Source of the DNA: an uncultured Planctomycetota bacterium
GTDB lineage: Bacteria > Planctomycetota > Planctomycetia > Isosphaerales > Isosphaeraceae
Assembly (NCBI GenBank): GCA_963737655.1
Contig: CAVTTN010000002.1
Location: 64,001-128,000 of the forward strand
Direction of reading: 5' to 3'
Length of the DNA: 64,000 bases
Made by a program: the position numbers and the translations under genes. The stretch's first letter is position 1. Every line of letters begins with the position of its first letter. The notes under the pieces are model-generated. The model searched no databases. It was not told the DNA's origin and saw only the letters and a list, made by a program, of their open reading frames with translations. This document shows positions 55,440 to 64,000 of this stretch, piece after piece.

Positions 55440-57728
55440 TCAGCCCACCGGCCGTCCGCACTCGTCGGCCGCCATCTCGATCAGGGCGTCGATGTCCAGG
55501 ATCAGGGAGACCCGGCCGTCCCCGAGAATGCTCGCGCCCGAGAGGCCGGCGACCGGCCGGAAGTTCCTCTCCAGCGACTTTAGCACCGCCTCCTGCATCC
55601 CGAGGAGCTCCTCGACGATCAGGCCCAGGGTCGACTCGCCGTTGGAGACGACGACGACGGTATGCTTCGCCCCGGCGTCTTCAAGGGCGACTTCGGCCCG
55701 ATCGAATTCCGAGGAGGCGACCGGGAGGAGGGCCTTCAGGGCCACGAGCGAGATGATCCGCCCCCGGATCTCGATCGAGCGGCGGTCGTGGAGCCGGAAG
55801 ACCTGGCCGGGACCGACCTCGACGATCTCATCGAGGTGATCCAGGGGGATCGCGTACGATTCCTCGCCCACCCGGGCGAGCAGGACGGACATGATCGCCA
55901 GGGTCAACGGCAGGCGGACGGTGAACGTCGAGCCCAGGCCGGGTTCGGTCCGCACGTCCACCGATCCGTTCAGCCCCTCGATCCGGCTCTTGACGATGTC
56001 CATGCCGACTCCCCGGCCGGAGATGTCGGTCACCGTTTCGGCGGTGCTGAGCCCGGGATGCCAGATGAACTGGATCAGTTGGCGTTCGGAGAGCTGGCGA
56101 GACTCGGAATCGGAGATCAGCCCCCGGGCCACGGCCTTGCGGCGGACCCGTTCGCAGTCGATCCCCCGGCCATCGTCGCCGACGGTGATCACCACGCTAT
56201 TGCCCCGGTGCGAGGCGGCCAGGAAGACCGTCCCGGATCGCGGCTTGCCGGCGGCCTCGCGCTCCTCGGGAGGCTCCAGGCCGTGGTCCACGGCGTTGCG
56301 GACGAGGTGGATCAGCGGGTCTCCCAGCTCGTCGACCATCCTCTTGTCCAGCTCGGTCTTCTCCCCGGCGACCTTCAGGGAGACTTCCTTGCCCGAGGAC
56401 ATCCGCAGGTCGCGGACCACGCGATGGAAGCGGTCGAAGAGGGGCCCGATCGGCACCATCCGGGTCTCCAGGACGCCTCGTTGGAGGCCGTCGGAGACGC
56501 GGGACAGGTGGTCGATCGCCTCGGCCATCGAGGCGAGCCGCTCCCGCCCTCGGCGGATCAGGTCGAGCTCGTCCTGGATGGCCCGGAAGTTCTCCCGGAG
56601 CCGGAGGAATTGCGACGCCCAGCGATCGTTCCGGCCCTCGCCGGGCCCTCCCAGCTCTCGGGCGAGCGTATCGAGCCGATCGCGGGTGTCGGCCGCCAGG
56701 AGCTGGGCGTTCGAGGACCGGAACAGCTCGTCCAGCCCTCGGGCGATCTCGAAGAACCGGGACTTGTTGATCACGAGTTCGCCGGCCAGGTTCATCAACT
56801 GGTCGAGCCGGTCGGCGTCCACGCGGACGGTCTCGGCGACCCGGGCCCGCTTCGGCGCGGCCTGGGGAGGAGCCGTCACGACGGCCGGCTCCTCGGCCGG
56901 CGACGGGACGGGTTCCTCGACGATCTCCGCCTCGGGCTCGGGCGGGCTAGGGGCCTCCGCGATCGGCTTCGGCGGCTCGGGCGGCAGGGCGGGGAGCGGG
57001 GCCGACTCGAACTGGATGTCGATCACGCCATCGACGTCGGCCATCGCATGGAGGTCCAGGAGGTCGCAATCGGCGAGGATCCAGACGTCCAGCCTCGGCA
57101 GCGACTGCACCTCTTCGAGCGCCTCGGCCGGGGGGCGAACCGCGAGGATTCGCCCCTTGGAGGCCAGGCGGTTCAGGACGAGCTTGGCCTTGAGGTCCGG
57201 CCAGGGCAGCCCGGCCTCGAACATCAAGGCCAGATGGACCGTGCCTTGAGGCAGGGGCGCGGCGTTTTCCGGAGGGTCGGGCCGAGGCGCCGGCTCGCTC
57301 GCCGGAGGGGGCGGCTTGGGTTCCTCGGGCGGCTCGACGGGTCCTTCCAGGAGGGCGACGACCGCCGCCGCGAGGCCCGAAAGGTCCACCTGGCTCCGGC
57401 CGCTGCTCCGGAGGTCCCGGTGGTAATCGCGGAGGGCATCCAGGCTGCGAAAACAGAGCTCCAGGAATCGCCGGTCCAGGGCCCTCTTGCCGCCTCGGAG
57501 CCGGTCGAAGAACGTCTCCAGGTGGTGGGTCAGCCCCTTGACCTGGTCGAACCCCATCATGGTCGAGGAACCCTTGATGGTGTGGACCAGGCGAAACGCG
57601 TCGCGGAGCGCGCGCTCGTCCCCGGGCTCGGCCTCGAGCCGGAGCAGGGTCTCGTTCAGTCCGGCGATCTGCTCATCGACCTCGTCGAGATAGGTCGGCA
57701 GGAGGCTCTCCAGGTCGAACCCCGACAT
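55440..57728 (-). CDS. cheA: Chemotaxis histidine kinase CheA
   Basis: Hpt FRLVHTIKG, TVRVD..RLDQLMNL, HLVRNAVDHGLE, DDGRG, SGRGVGMD and a C-terminal CheW domain. Confidence 0.97.
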   Translation of the reverse strand: MSGFDLESLLPTYLDEVDEQIAGLNETLLRLEAEPGDERALRDAFRLVHTIKGSSTMMGFDQVKGLTHHLETFFDRLRGGKRALDRRFLELCFRSLDALRDYHRDLRSSGRSQVDLSGLAAAVVALLEGPVEPPEEPKPPPPASEPAPRPDPPENAAPLPQGTVHLALMFEAGLPWPDLKAKLVLNRLASKGRILAVRPPAEALEEVQSLPRLDVWILADCDLLDLHAMADVDGVIDIQFESAPLPALPPEPPKPIAEAPSPPEPEAEIVEEPVPSPAEEPAVVTAPPQAAPKRARVAETVRVDADRLDQLMNLAGELVINKSRFFEIARGLDELFRSSNAQLLAADTRDRLDTLARELGGPGEGRNDRWASQFLRLRENFRAIQDELDLIRRGRERLASMAEAIDHLSRVSDGLQRGVLETRMVPIGPLFDRFHRVVRDLRMSSGKEVSLKVAGEKTELDKRMVDELGDPLIHLVRNAVDHGLEPPEEREAAGKPRSGTVFLAASHRGNSVVITVGDDGRGIDCERVRRKAVARGLISDSESRQLSERQLIQFIWHPGLSTAETVTDISGRGVGMDIVKSRIEGLNGSVDVRTEPGLGSTFTVRLPLTLAIMSVLLARVGEESYAIPLDHLDEIVEVGPGQVFRLHDRRSIEIRGRIISLVALKALLPVASSEFDRAEVALEDAGAKHTVVVVSNGESTLGLIVEELLGMQEAVLKSLERNFRPVAGLSGASILGDGRVSLILDIDALIEMAADECGRPVG

Positions 57729-57746
57729 GGGCGTGGTCCCTCGTCC

Positions 57747-58577
57747 TCAGGCCGGTTTCTGATAGAGCCAGGTCTTGTGGCGGACCAGGGTGCCCAGGAG
57801 GTCGTTGACCCCCTCCGTCGGGCCGACGACGAGGTATCCTCCCCCGGTCAGGGACTCCAGGAGATGCCGGACGACCGTCTGCTTGGATTCCGGGTCGAAA
57901 TAAATCAGCACATTTTTGAGGAAAATGCAATCGAACGGGCGTTCCTTGATGGGCTGCAGGAGGTTGTGGGGCTTCCACGAGGTCATCGCGCGGACCTCCG
58001 CCCGGGGCGTCCAGCGAGCGGTGGCGGGGTCGTGGTCGAAGTGGGCCGAGCGATCCTCCTGGGAGACGAGCCGGAGGGCCCGTTCGTCGTAGGAGGCGGC
58101 GCGGGCGGCTTCCAACGCGGCCCCGCTGAGGTCCGTGCCGAGGAGGGTCATGCTCCAGCCGGTGAAGGCCCCCTTCTGCTCCCGGATCTTCAGGGCGATC
58201 GAATAGAGCTCCTCCCCGGTGGCGCAGGCCGAGGACCAGATCCGGAGGGACCGCTCCCGCTGTCTCAGCCGGGCCTGCCGGGCGACCTCCGGGAGGAAGG
58301 TCTCGCCGAGCCATTCGAAGTGGTGGGGATCGCGGAAGAAATAGGTCTCGTTGGTGGTGATCGCGTCGAGGAATTGAGGGATTTCCCCGCGGCCGGAGAT
58401 CGACGTCAGATGGAGGAAGTAGGCCGAGAACGAGGGGATTCCGGTCGAGCGGAGCCGCCTCCTCAGCCGGTTCGAGACCATCACCCGCTTCGTGACCGGG
58501 ATCCGGATGCCGGCGGATCGATAGATCAGGCCGCGGAACCGCTCGAATTCCTCCTCGGTCAACTCGGCGTCGAGCAT
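57747..58577 (-). CDS. cheR: Chemotaxis methyltransferase CheR
   Basis: TTNETYFFRD, IWSSACATGEE, GTDLS and FLKNVLIYF. Confidence 0.95.
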   Translation of the reverse strand: MLDAELTEEEFERFRGLIYRSAGIRIPVTKRVMVSNRLRRRLRSTGIPSFSAYFLHLTSISGRGEIPQFLDAITTNETYFFRDPHHFEWLGETFLPEVARQARLRQRERSLRIWSSACATGEELYSIALKIREQKGAFTGWSMTLLGTDLSGAALEAARAASYDERALRLVSQEDRSAHFDHDPATARWTPRAEVRAMTSWKPHNLLQPIKERPFDCIFLKNVLIYFDPESKQTVVRHLLESLTGGGYLVVGPTEGVNDLLGTLVRHKTWLYQKPA

Positions 58578-58590
58578 GGCTCCCCTCGGT

Positions 58591-61087
58591 TCAGACCTTG
58601 AAGCCGGAGATCACGCTCTTGAGCGACGCGGCCTGGGCCCGAGCTCCTCGGCGCTGGCGGAGAGCTCCTCGGAGCTGGAGGCGTTGGTCTCGGTGATCGA
58701 GGAGACGTCCTGGATCGCCTTGCTGACCTCCTCGGCCGATCCCGATTGCTCCTGGGTGGCGTGGGCGATCTTGGCGATGCTGGCGGCCGTCTCCTCGACC
58801 CCCTGGACGATCGTCTTGAGCGATTGCCCCGCCTTCTGCGACAGCTGGGCGCCGTCGGCGACCCGGGCCGTCGATTCCTTGATCAGCGAGGTGATCTCCT
58901 TGGCGGCGGCCCGGGAGCGCTCGGCCAGCTTGCGGACCTCGTCGGCGACGACGGCGAAGCCCAGGCCGTGCTCTCCGGCCCGAGCGGCCTCGATCGCGGC
59001 GTTGAGCGCGAGCAGGTTCGTCTGGCTGGCGATCTCGCCGATGACCTGGATGATGTCGCTGACCTGCTCGCTCGACTTGCGGATCAGGAGCATGGCCTCG
59101 ATCGCCTGATCCACCGATTCGCCGCCCTGCTTGGCCAGTCGCGAGGTCCGGTCGGCGAGCTCCCGGGCCGACCCGGCGTTCTGGTTGATGTCCAGGATCG
59201 CCCGGCTGAGGTGCTCGACCGAGGCGGACATCTGCTCGGCCGTGGCGGCCTGGTTCTGGGACGACTCGCTCAGATAATTGGCGCTCTCGGCGACGACCCG
59301 GGCCCCCTCGGCGAACTGATTGGCCGACTCGATGACCTCGCCGATCACGTGCTTCAGGTCGGTGGTCATCTTGGAGAGGGCCAGGCCGAGCCGGCCCATG
59401 TCGTCCTCGCCTCGGACCTCCACCTCGACGGTCAGGTCACCCTGGGCGGCGGCGGTCGCCACCTTCATCAACTGATTGACCTTCATTTCCAGGTCGCGCT
59501 TGGCCTGGTCGATCCGGGTCTGCTGGTCGACGCGCTCCAGGGCGCTGGAGACCAGCCGGCCGATGTTCCTCAAGGCGTCCAGACGAGACGCCGAGGGGCT
59601 GAGCTTCTTCTCGGTGAGGAAGTCCATCGTCCCGATCACGTGCTCCCTCAGGAGGATCGGGAAGCAGAGGCCGGACTTCAGCCCGCTCTGACGGGCGACC
59701 GGGCCCCGAGAGAAGCCCGGCATGTCGCCGAGGTCCGGGACGAACACGAGCTCGCGGCGCTGCCAGGCCTGGCCGTTGAGGCCCTCCCCCTCGCGGAATC
59801 GGGACTCGGTGGTGACCCGACGAAACTCGGCGGAGACCGCCCCCGAGTCGAGCGAGAACCGCAGGACACGCTCCTGGGGATGGACTTCCCAGTACGAGCC
59901 ATACGACCAGTCGAAGGCTTCTCGGACCGTCGAGAGGACGGACTCGATCACCTCGCCCACGGTCGTGCATCGGCCCAGGGCCAGCAGGAGTCGGTTGATC
60001 GCCGTGGTATCGGTGGCCAGCTCGGCCTCCCTCGCCTCGGTCTCGATCCGTTCGGTGACGATGTCCCAGGTGAGCATCGGCCCGAGGTAGTTCCCCTGGC
60101 CGTCGATGATCGGGCTGACGAGCAGGTCGGCCTTCTCGGGGCCGACCTCGATCAAGGCCCGGTGAGGCAAGTTCTTGGGGTCGGCCAGGAGCCGCCTCTG
60201 GTGCTCGGGGGCCTTGTGGAAGATGTCGATCGATAGGCCGACCATCTCCTCCACCTTGCACGGCAGGTAGGTCTCGATCCGCTTCAGGAGCCGGAGCGAC
60301 GCGGGGTTCATGTAGCGGATCTTCAGGTCGCGGTCGGCGAACATCATGCTCGTCGGCGCGTTCTCGATCATCCGCGACAGGCGCGCCTGCTCGATCTGCT
60401 GGGCGAGCTTGGTGATCTTCTCCGAGGCGAGCCGGCCGATGACCCGGATGGCGTCGAGCCGTGTCGCCGAGAAGTCCACCGAGCCGGAGGCGAAGAAGTC
60501 CAGGGTCCCGAAGACCTGCCCTCCCTGGATGAGTGGCAGGGCCACGGCCGAGCGGATCCCCAGTCGGCGGGCGACGGGCGCCCGGGGGCAATCGGAGAGC
60601 TCGGCGAGGTCCTCGACGTGGATCAATTCGCGGCGCTTCCAGGCCCGGCCGTTGAGTCCCTCGCCTTCCCGGAAGCGGGCGGATCGCGTGACCCGATGGA
60701 ACTCCGAATCCACCTCGCCGGACTCGGCCGAGAAGACCAGGGCGTCCCGGGCCTCGTCCACCACCCAGTACGACCCATAGGCCCAGCCGAATCGGCTGCG
60801 GATCGAGTCCAGGGCCGCGCGGATGACCTCGGCCACGGTCCCCGCTTCCAGGATCGCCGTGACCGAGTCGATCATCGCCCGGGTCGTCGAGTTCGCGTCC
60901 TCGTCGATCGGGCCCCGGGCCGGGGTCTCGGGAGGGGGCGGGGCGCCGGAGCGAATCCGGGCTCGGCGGTCTCCAGCCACTCGCTTCGAGGAAACCGCTT
61001 CGCGGACGATCGCTTCGAGCCGGGCAGGCGACGCCCTCGGATGCCTCGTCCGGGCTCGGGGCCGTTTTCCTGGATCGGTGGTGCCAC
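58591..61087 (-). CDS. Soluble methyl-accepting chemotaxis protein GAF-PAS-GAF-HAMP-MA; start uncertain (61087 or 60980); apparent frameshift near the 3' end (~58638) and possibly at ~60940
   Basis: Two similar GAF repeats (YGSYW...[15 protein letters not shown]), a PAS domain, HAMP (GDLT...DDMGRL) and the MCP hairpin [37 protein letters not shown]. No TM helix. Confidence 0.92.
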
Positions 61088-61091
61088 GGGA

Positions 61092-61646
61092 TCACGCAGC
61101 GCTTTCTGGGGGACGCCCGGAGTGGGAGATCGTCGAGGGGAGGGGCATGGGGGGCGCGTCGAGCTCGTCGGTCGCGAACAGCCTGTCGGTGTCCAGGATG
61201 ATCAGCAGGCGGTCATCCAGCCGGGCCAGTCCCGAGATGAACCTCCGGGTCAGGGCCGCCATGGAGACCGGCACCGGCTGGATCTGGTCCGAGGTGATCC
61301 GGATCACCTGAGTGACCTCGTCCACGATGCACCCGACGATCTTCTCGTGGACCGTCACCACGATCGTCCGGGTCTCGTCGTCGAGGGGGCGGGGCGGCAT
61401 CCCGAACCGTTTCCTGAGGTTGATGATCGGGATCACGCTGCCGCGAAGGTTGATCAGCCCCTCGATCGACTCATGCACCCGGGGCAATCGGGTGATGGGC
61501 TTCATCAGGATGATCTCGCGGATCTTCGTGATCGCGATCGCGTACTCTTCCCCGTCCAGGCGGAAGCCCACGAACTGGCGGATCGGCGGCTCTTCGCGCC
61601 GGCTTTCGCGATCGGCCGAATCGGTGCGAGTCGATCCCGACGCCAT
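61092..61646 (-). CDS. cheW: Chemotaxis adaptor CheW
   Basis: FVGFRLDGEEYAI, IEGLINLRGSVIPIINLR and GCIVDEV. Confidence 0.95.
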   Translation of the reverse strand: MASGSTRTDSADRESRREEPPIRQFVGFRLDGEEYAIAITKIREIILMKPITRLPRVHESIEGLINLRGSVIPIINLRKRFGMPPRPLDDETRTIVVTVHEKIVGCIVDEVTQVIRITSDQIQPVPVSMAALTRRFISGLARLDDRLLIILDTDRLFATDELDAPPMPLPSTISHSGRPPESAA

Positions 61647-61861
61647 GAGCCCGTCTCTCGCTGGGTCCAGTCCGGACGGATCGAACCGACGTCTCGCCCG
61701 ATCACGGAAACCCGGGGACGAGCCGGCGGTCGACCGGGAGGAGTTTGAGGGACGTCCTCATCATATCACACGGGACGCCACTCGCCGGGAGAATCCCTCA
61801 CGGAACGCCCTCGACCGGCCGGAGCCCGCCCTCGGATGGAGCGGGATCGGCCGGTCCTCGA

Positions 61862-63031
61862 TCAGGAGGCGCCGGAGCCCGGAAATTGAATTAAGATCAT
61901 GTTAATATCGTCGTGGGGATGGACCGGGGTGACGTGGCGATCGACGGCGTCCTGGAGCCAGTCGAGGATCGCCGAGGGCTCGCCCCCTTGATGGGCCTCC
62001 AGCACCTCGCGGATCTTCTCGGTGCCGAACGGGACGTCGGCGGGGTCCATGGCGTCGGGAAGGCCATCGGTGTAGATCAGCACGGACTCGCCGGGCCCGA
62101 GACGATCGGAGAGGTCGGCGAGGCCCTCCACCATGCCCAGGCCGAGCAAGCCGGGCTCGGAATCGAGCAATCGCGTCCCCGAGGGGCCGACCACCAGGGC
62201 CGGCGGGTGGCCGACCCCCGCATACTGGAATTCCCCGGTGCTCTCCTGGATGATCAGCGCGAAGGCGGTGCAGAAATAACCATCGGGGAAGTATTGACCG
62301 GCCGCCACGTCCAACTCGGCGAGGATGCGACTGGGCGGCGATCCGGCCGTCATCGGCGCCGCGACCAGCGTCTTGACCATCCCGGAAAGCAGGGCCGCAT
62401 TGACCCCGTGGCCCGAGATGTCGGCCGCCACGACCGCCAGGCGGCCGTCGTCGATCTGGGCGAAGTCGTACACGTCGCCCCCGAGCTGATTGGCGGGCTT
62501 GTAGGTCACGGCCACCCGGACGACGCCCCGAGGGGCCGGCGGCTTCGGCATGAGCCCCATCTGGACCGTTCGCGCGAGCTTGAGTTCCAGGGCCAGTTTC
62601 TTCTGGGCGGCTTCCAGTTGCAGGTTCCTCTCCGCCAGCTCTCGCCGGAGGTCGGCGATCCGGAGCTGGGACCGGACCCGGGCGAAGATCTCGGGGACCT
62701 CCGCCGGGGACTTCGGCTTCTCGAGGTAGTCGTCGGCCCCGGAGTCCAGGCCGATCACCCGGCTCTCGGTCGCCCCGAGGGTCGTCAGCATGATCACCGG
62801 GACCATCCGAAGCTCGGGATCCGCCTTCAGCGCCTGGCAGAAGCCGGGACCGTCGAGCTCGGGCATCTCGTAATCGGTGATGATGAGTTCGGGAGAGACC
62901 TCGCGGGCCTTCTCCAGGCCCTGGAGGCCGTCGCCGGCCGTCGCGACCTCGTAGCCCTCCTGCTGGAGCCAGGCGGCGATCATCTTCCTCATGGTCGAGC
63001 TGTCTTCGACCAGGAGCAGGCGGCGTGGCAT
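61862..63031 (-). CDS. Response regulator with PP2C/SpoIIE (RsbU-like) phosphatase output
   Basis: Receiver LLVEDS, TDYEMP, YLEKP; coiled linker; PP2C motifs LGGDVYD, ADISGHG, YTDGL and HDD. Confidence 0.92.
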   Translation of the reverse strand: MPRRLLLVEDSSTMRKMIAAWLQQEGYEVATAGDGLQGLEKAREVSPELIITDYEMPELDGPGFCQALKADPELRMVPVIMLTTLGATESRVIGLDSGADDYLEKPKSPAEVPEIFARVRSQLRIADLRRELAERNLQLEAAQKKLALELKLARTVQMGLMPKPPAPRGVVRVAVTYKPANQLGGDVYDFAQIDDGRLAVVAADISGHGVNAALLSGMVKTLVAAPMTAGSPPSRILAELDVAAGQYFPDGYFCTAFALIIQESTGEFQYAGVGHPPALVVGPSGTRLLDSEPGLLGLGMVEGLADLSDRLGPGESVLIYTDGLPDAMDPADVPFGTEKIREVLEAHQGGEPSAILDWLQDAVDRHVTPVHPHDDINMILIQFPGSGAS

Positions 63032-63090
63032 GAGGATCACGACCTCCTCGATAGGACGAGAACCGGCGAAAGGGGCGGACGACCATCATC

Positions 63091-64000
63091 TCAAGGCGAC
63101 CGACGAAACGTGAGGCCGGGGTCTCCCGGGCCTCCGCCGAGGGCCTGGAAAAGGAAGGCGTCGTTGCCTTGCCACTGGACCTTCCCGACCATCGGCGCCT
63201 GGTCGTCGGACTGGACCAGGGTCAGCACGCCGTCACCGAACGAGGACTTGCCGGTGATCTGGTGCGACTGGCCGCCGCCGCTGACCTTCCAGGTGAACGG
63301 CCCGCCGTCGGCGATGGTCAGGTTGATGGCCGAGGTCTTGTCCGGGCTGGCCGCCCAGGACCCGACGAGGCTGGCCGGGTTCGGGACCTCGGCGGGAGGC
63401 GCGACCGGGGGCGCGGGGTTGGGCGCGTCGGGGGCCGTCGGCTTCGACCCGGTCAGGGACGCCAGGAGCTGCGCCGAGACCCGATCCCCGGGCTGGAGGG
63501 CCACCACCGCCTTGAGTTCCGATTCCGCGTCCGCGTCCTGGCCGGCCGTGAGATAGAGATAGGCCAGGACGAACCTCGCCGCCGAGGCGTTGGGACTCGC
63601 CCGAACGACGGCTTCGAGGGCCCGCAACTGGGTCGTGTAGGTATCCACATCGGGGTAGAGGCTGATGAGTGTCGTCCAGTCCCATCCCGGTCCGGCGGAC
63701 AGGACCCCGTACAGGGCCGCCGCCGCGTCGTCGTATTTCCCGAGGGCGAAGAGGACCTGGGCCCGGAATTCGTGGAGCGTGGAATCGCCGGGCATTGCCT
63801 TCACGGCCTGATCGGCCAGCGAGAGGGCCCCGTTGTAGTCGCCCTTCATGAAGGCGTCGCGGGCCTGGTCGAAGCTCGTCATGGCGGGCCCGGTGACCGA
63901 ATCCGCCGGGGGCGCGCCGGAGGTGTCGATCGGCTGGGAGTAGTTGTAGATCTGAACGTTCGGGGCCACCCCGGCCGAGTTGTAGTACGGGTTCGCGTAA
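63091..64000 (-). CDS. TPR-containing protein, C-terminal part (gene begins beyond the window)
   Basis: TPR-like helices (FDQARDAFMKGDY, HEFRAQVLFALGKY, ARFVLAYLY) and a C-terminal beta domain. Confidence 0.8.
   Translation of the reverse strand, partial: YANPYYNSAGVAPNVQIYNYSQPIDTSGAPPADSVTGPAMTSFDQARDAFMKGDYNGALSLADQAVKAMPGDSTLHEFRAQVLFALGKYDDAAAALYGVLSAGPGWDWTTLISLYPDVDTYTTQLRALEAVVRASPNASAARFVLAYLYLTAGQDADAESELKAVVALQPGDRVSAQLLASLTGSKPTAPDAPNPAPPVAPPAEVPNPASLVGSWAASPDKTSAINLTIADGGPFTWKVSGGGQSHQITGKSSFGDGVLTLVQSDDQAPMVGKVQWQGNDAFLFQALGGGPGDPGLTFRRSP

Noticed and set aside
52667..61087. Decaying (pseudogenised) chemotaxis operon
   Set aside because: Catalytic motifs are intact and similar single-base indels occur throughout the window, so assembly error is more parsimonious.

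Overview
GC-rich bacterial chromosomal window whose gene content points to a planctomycete, probably Isosphaeraceae-like (inference from DUF1501, Tat-exported ThuA and Gfo/Idh/MocA proteins, FlgI-HEAT and HEAT-Hint proteins, an HTH-receiver regulator and PEP-CTERM). About 57 CDS can be supported. These include housekeeping genes (corA, recJ, pcm, lon, pyrD), a small glycan-modification cluster, a feoA-feoA-feoB operon behind a Fur-like box, tatA paralogs and a complete chemosensory operon (cheW-mcp-cheR-cheA-cheC-cheD-cheY-cheB). Non-coding features are tRNA-Val(CAC), tRNA-Asn(GTT), an ISAs1-family IS with terminal inverted repeats and a 10-bp target duplication, and at least four families of REP/REPIN-like palindromes. 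About ten genes carry single-base frameshifts, mostly in G/C runs, most likely long-read assembly errors. The leading novelty candidates are: (1) a class-III aminotransferase next to an uncharacterised VOC-fold protein with an HglS/HPPD-like His-His-Glu metal triad; (2) a translationally coupled pair of small paralogous helical-hairpin proteins; (3) a soluble GAF-PAS(Aer2-like heme)-GAF chemoreceptor pathway flanked by a receiver-PP2C phosphatase and an MBL hydrolase; (4) a secreted HEAT-repeat protein with an atypical C-terminal Hint domain. All functional calls come from motif recognition by eye; no database searches were run.
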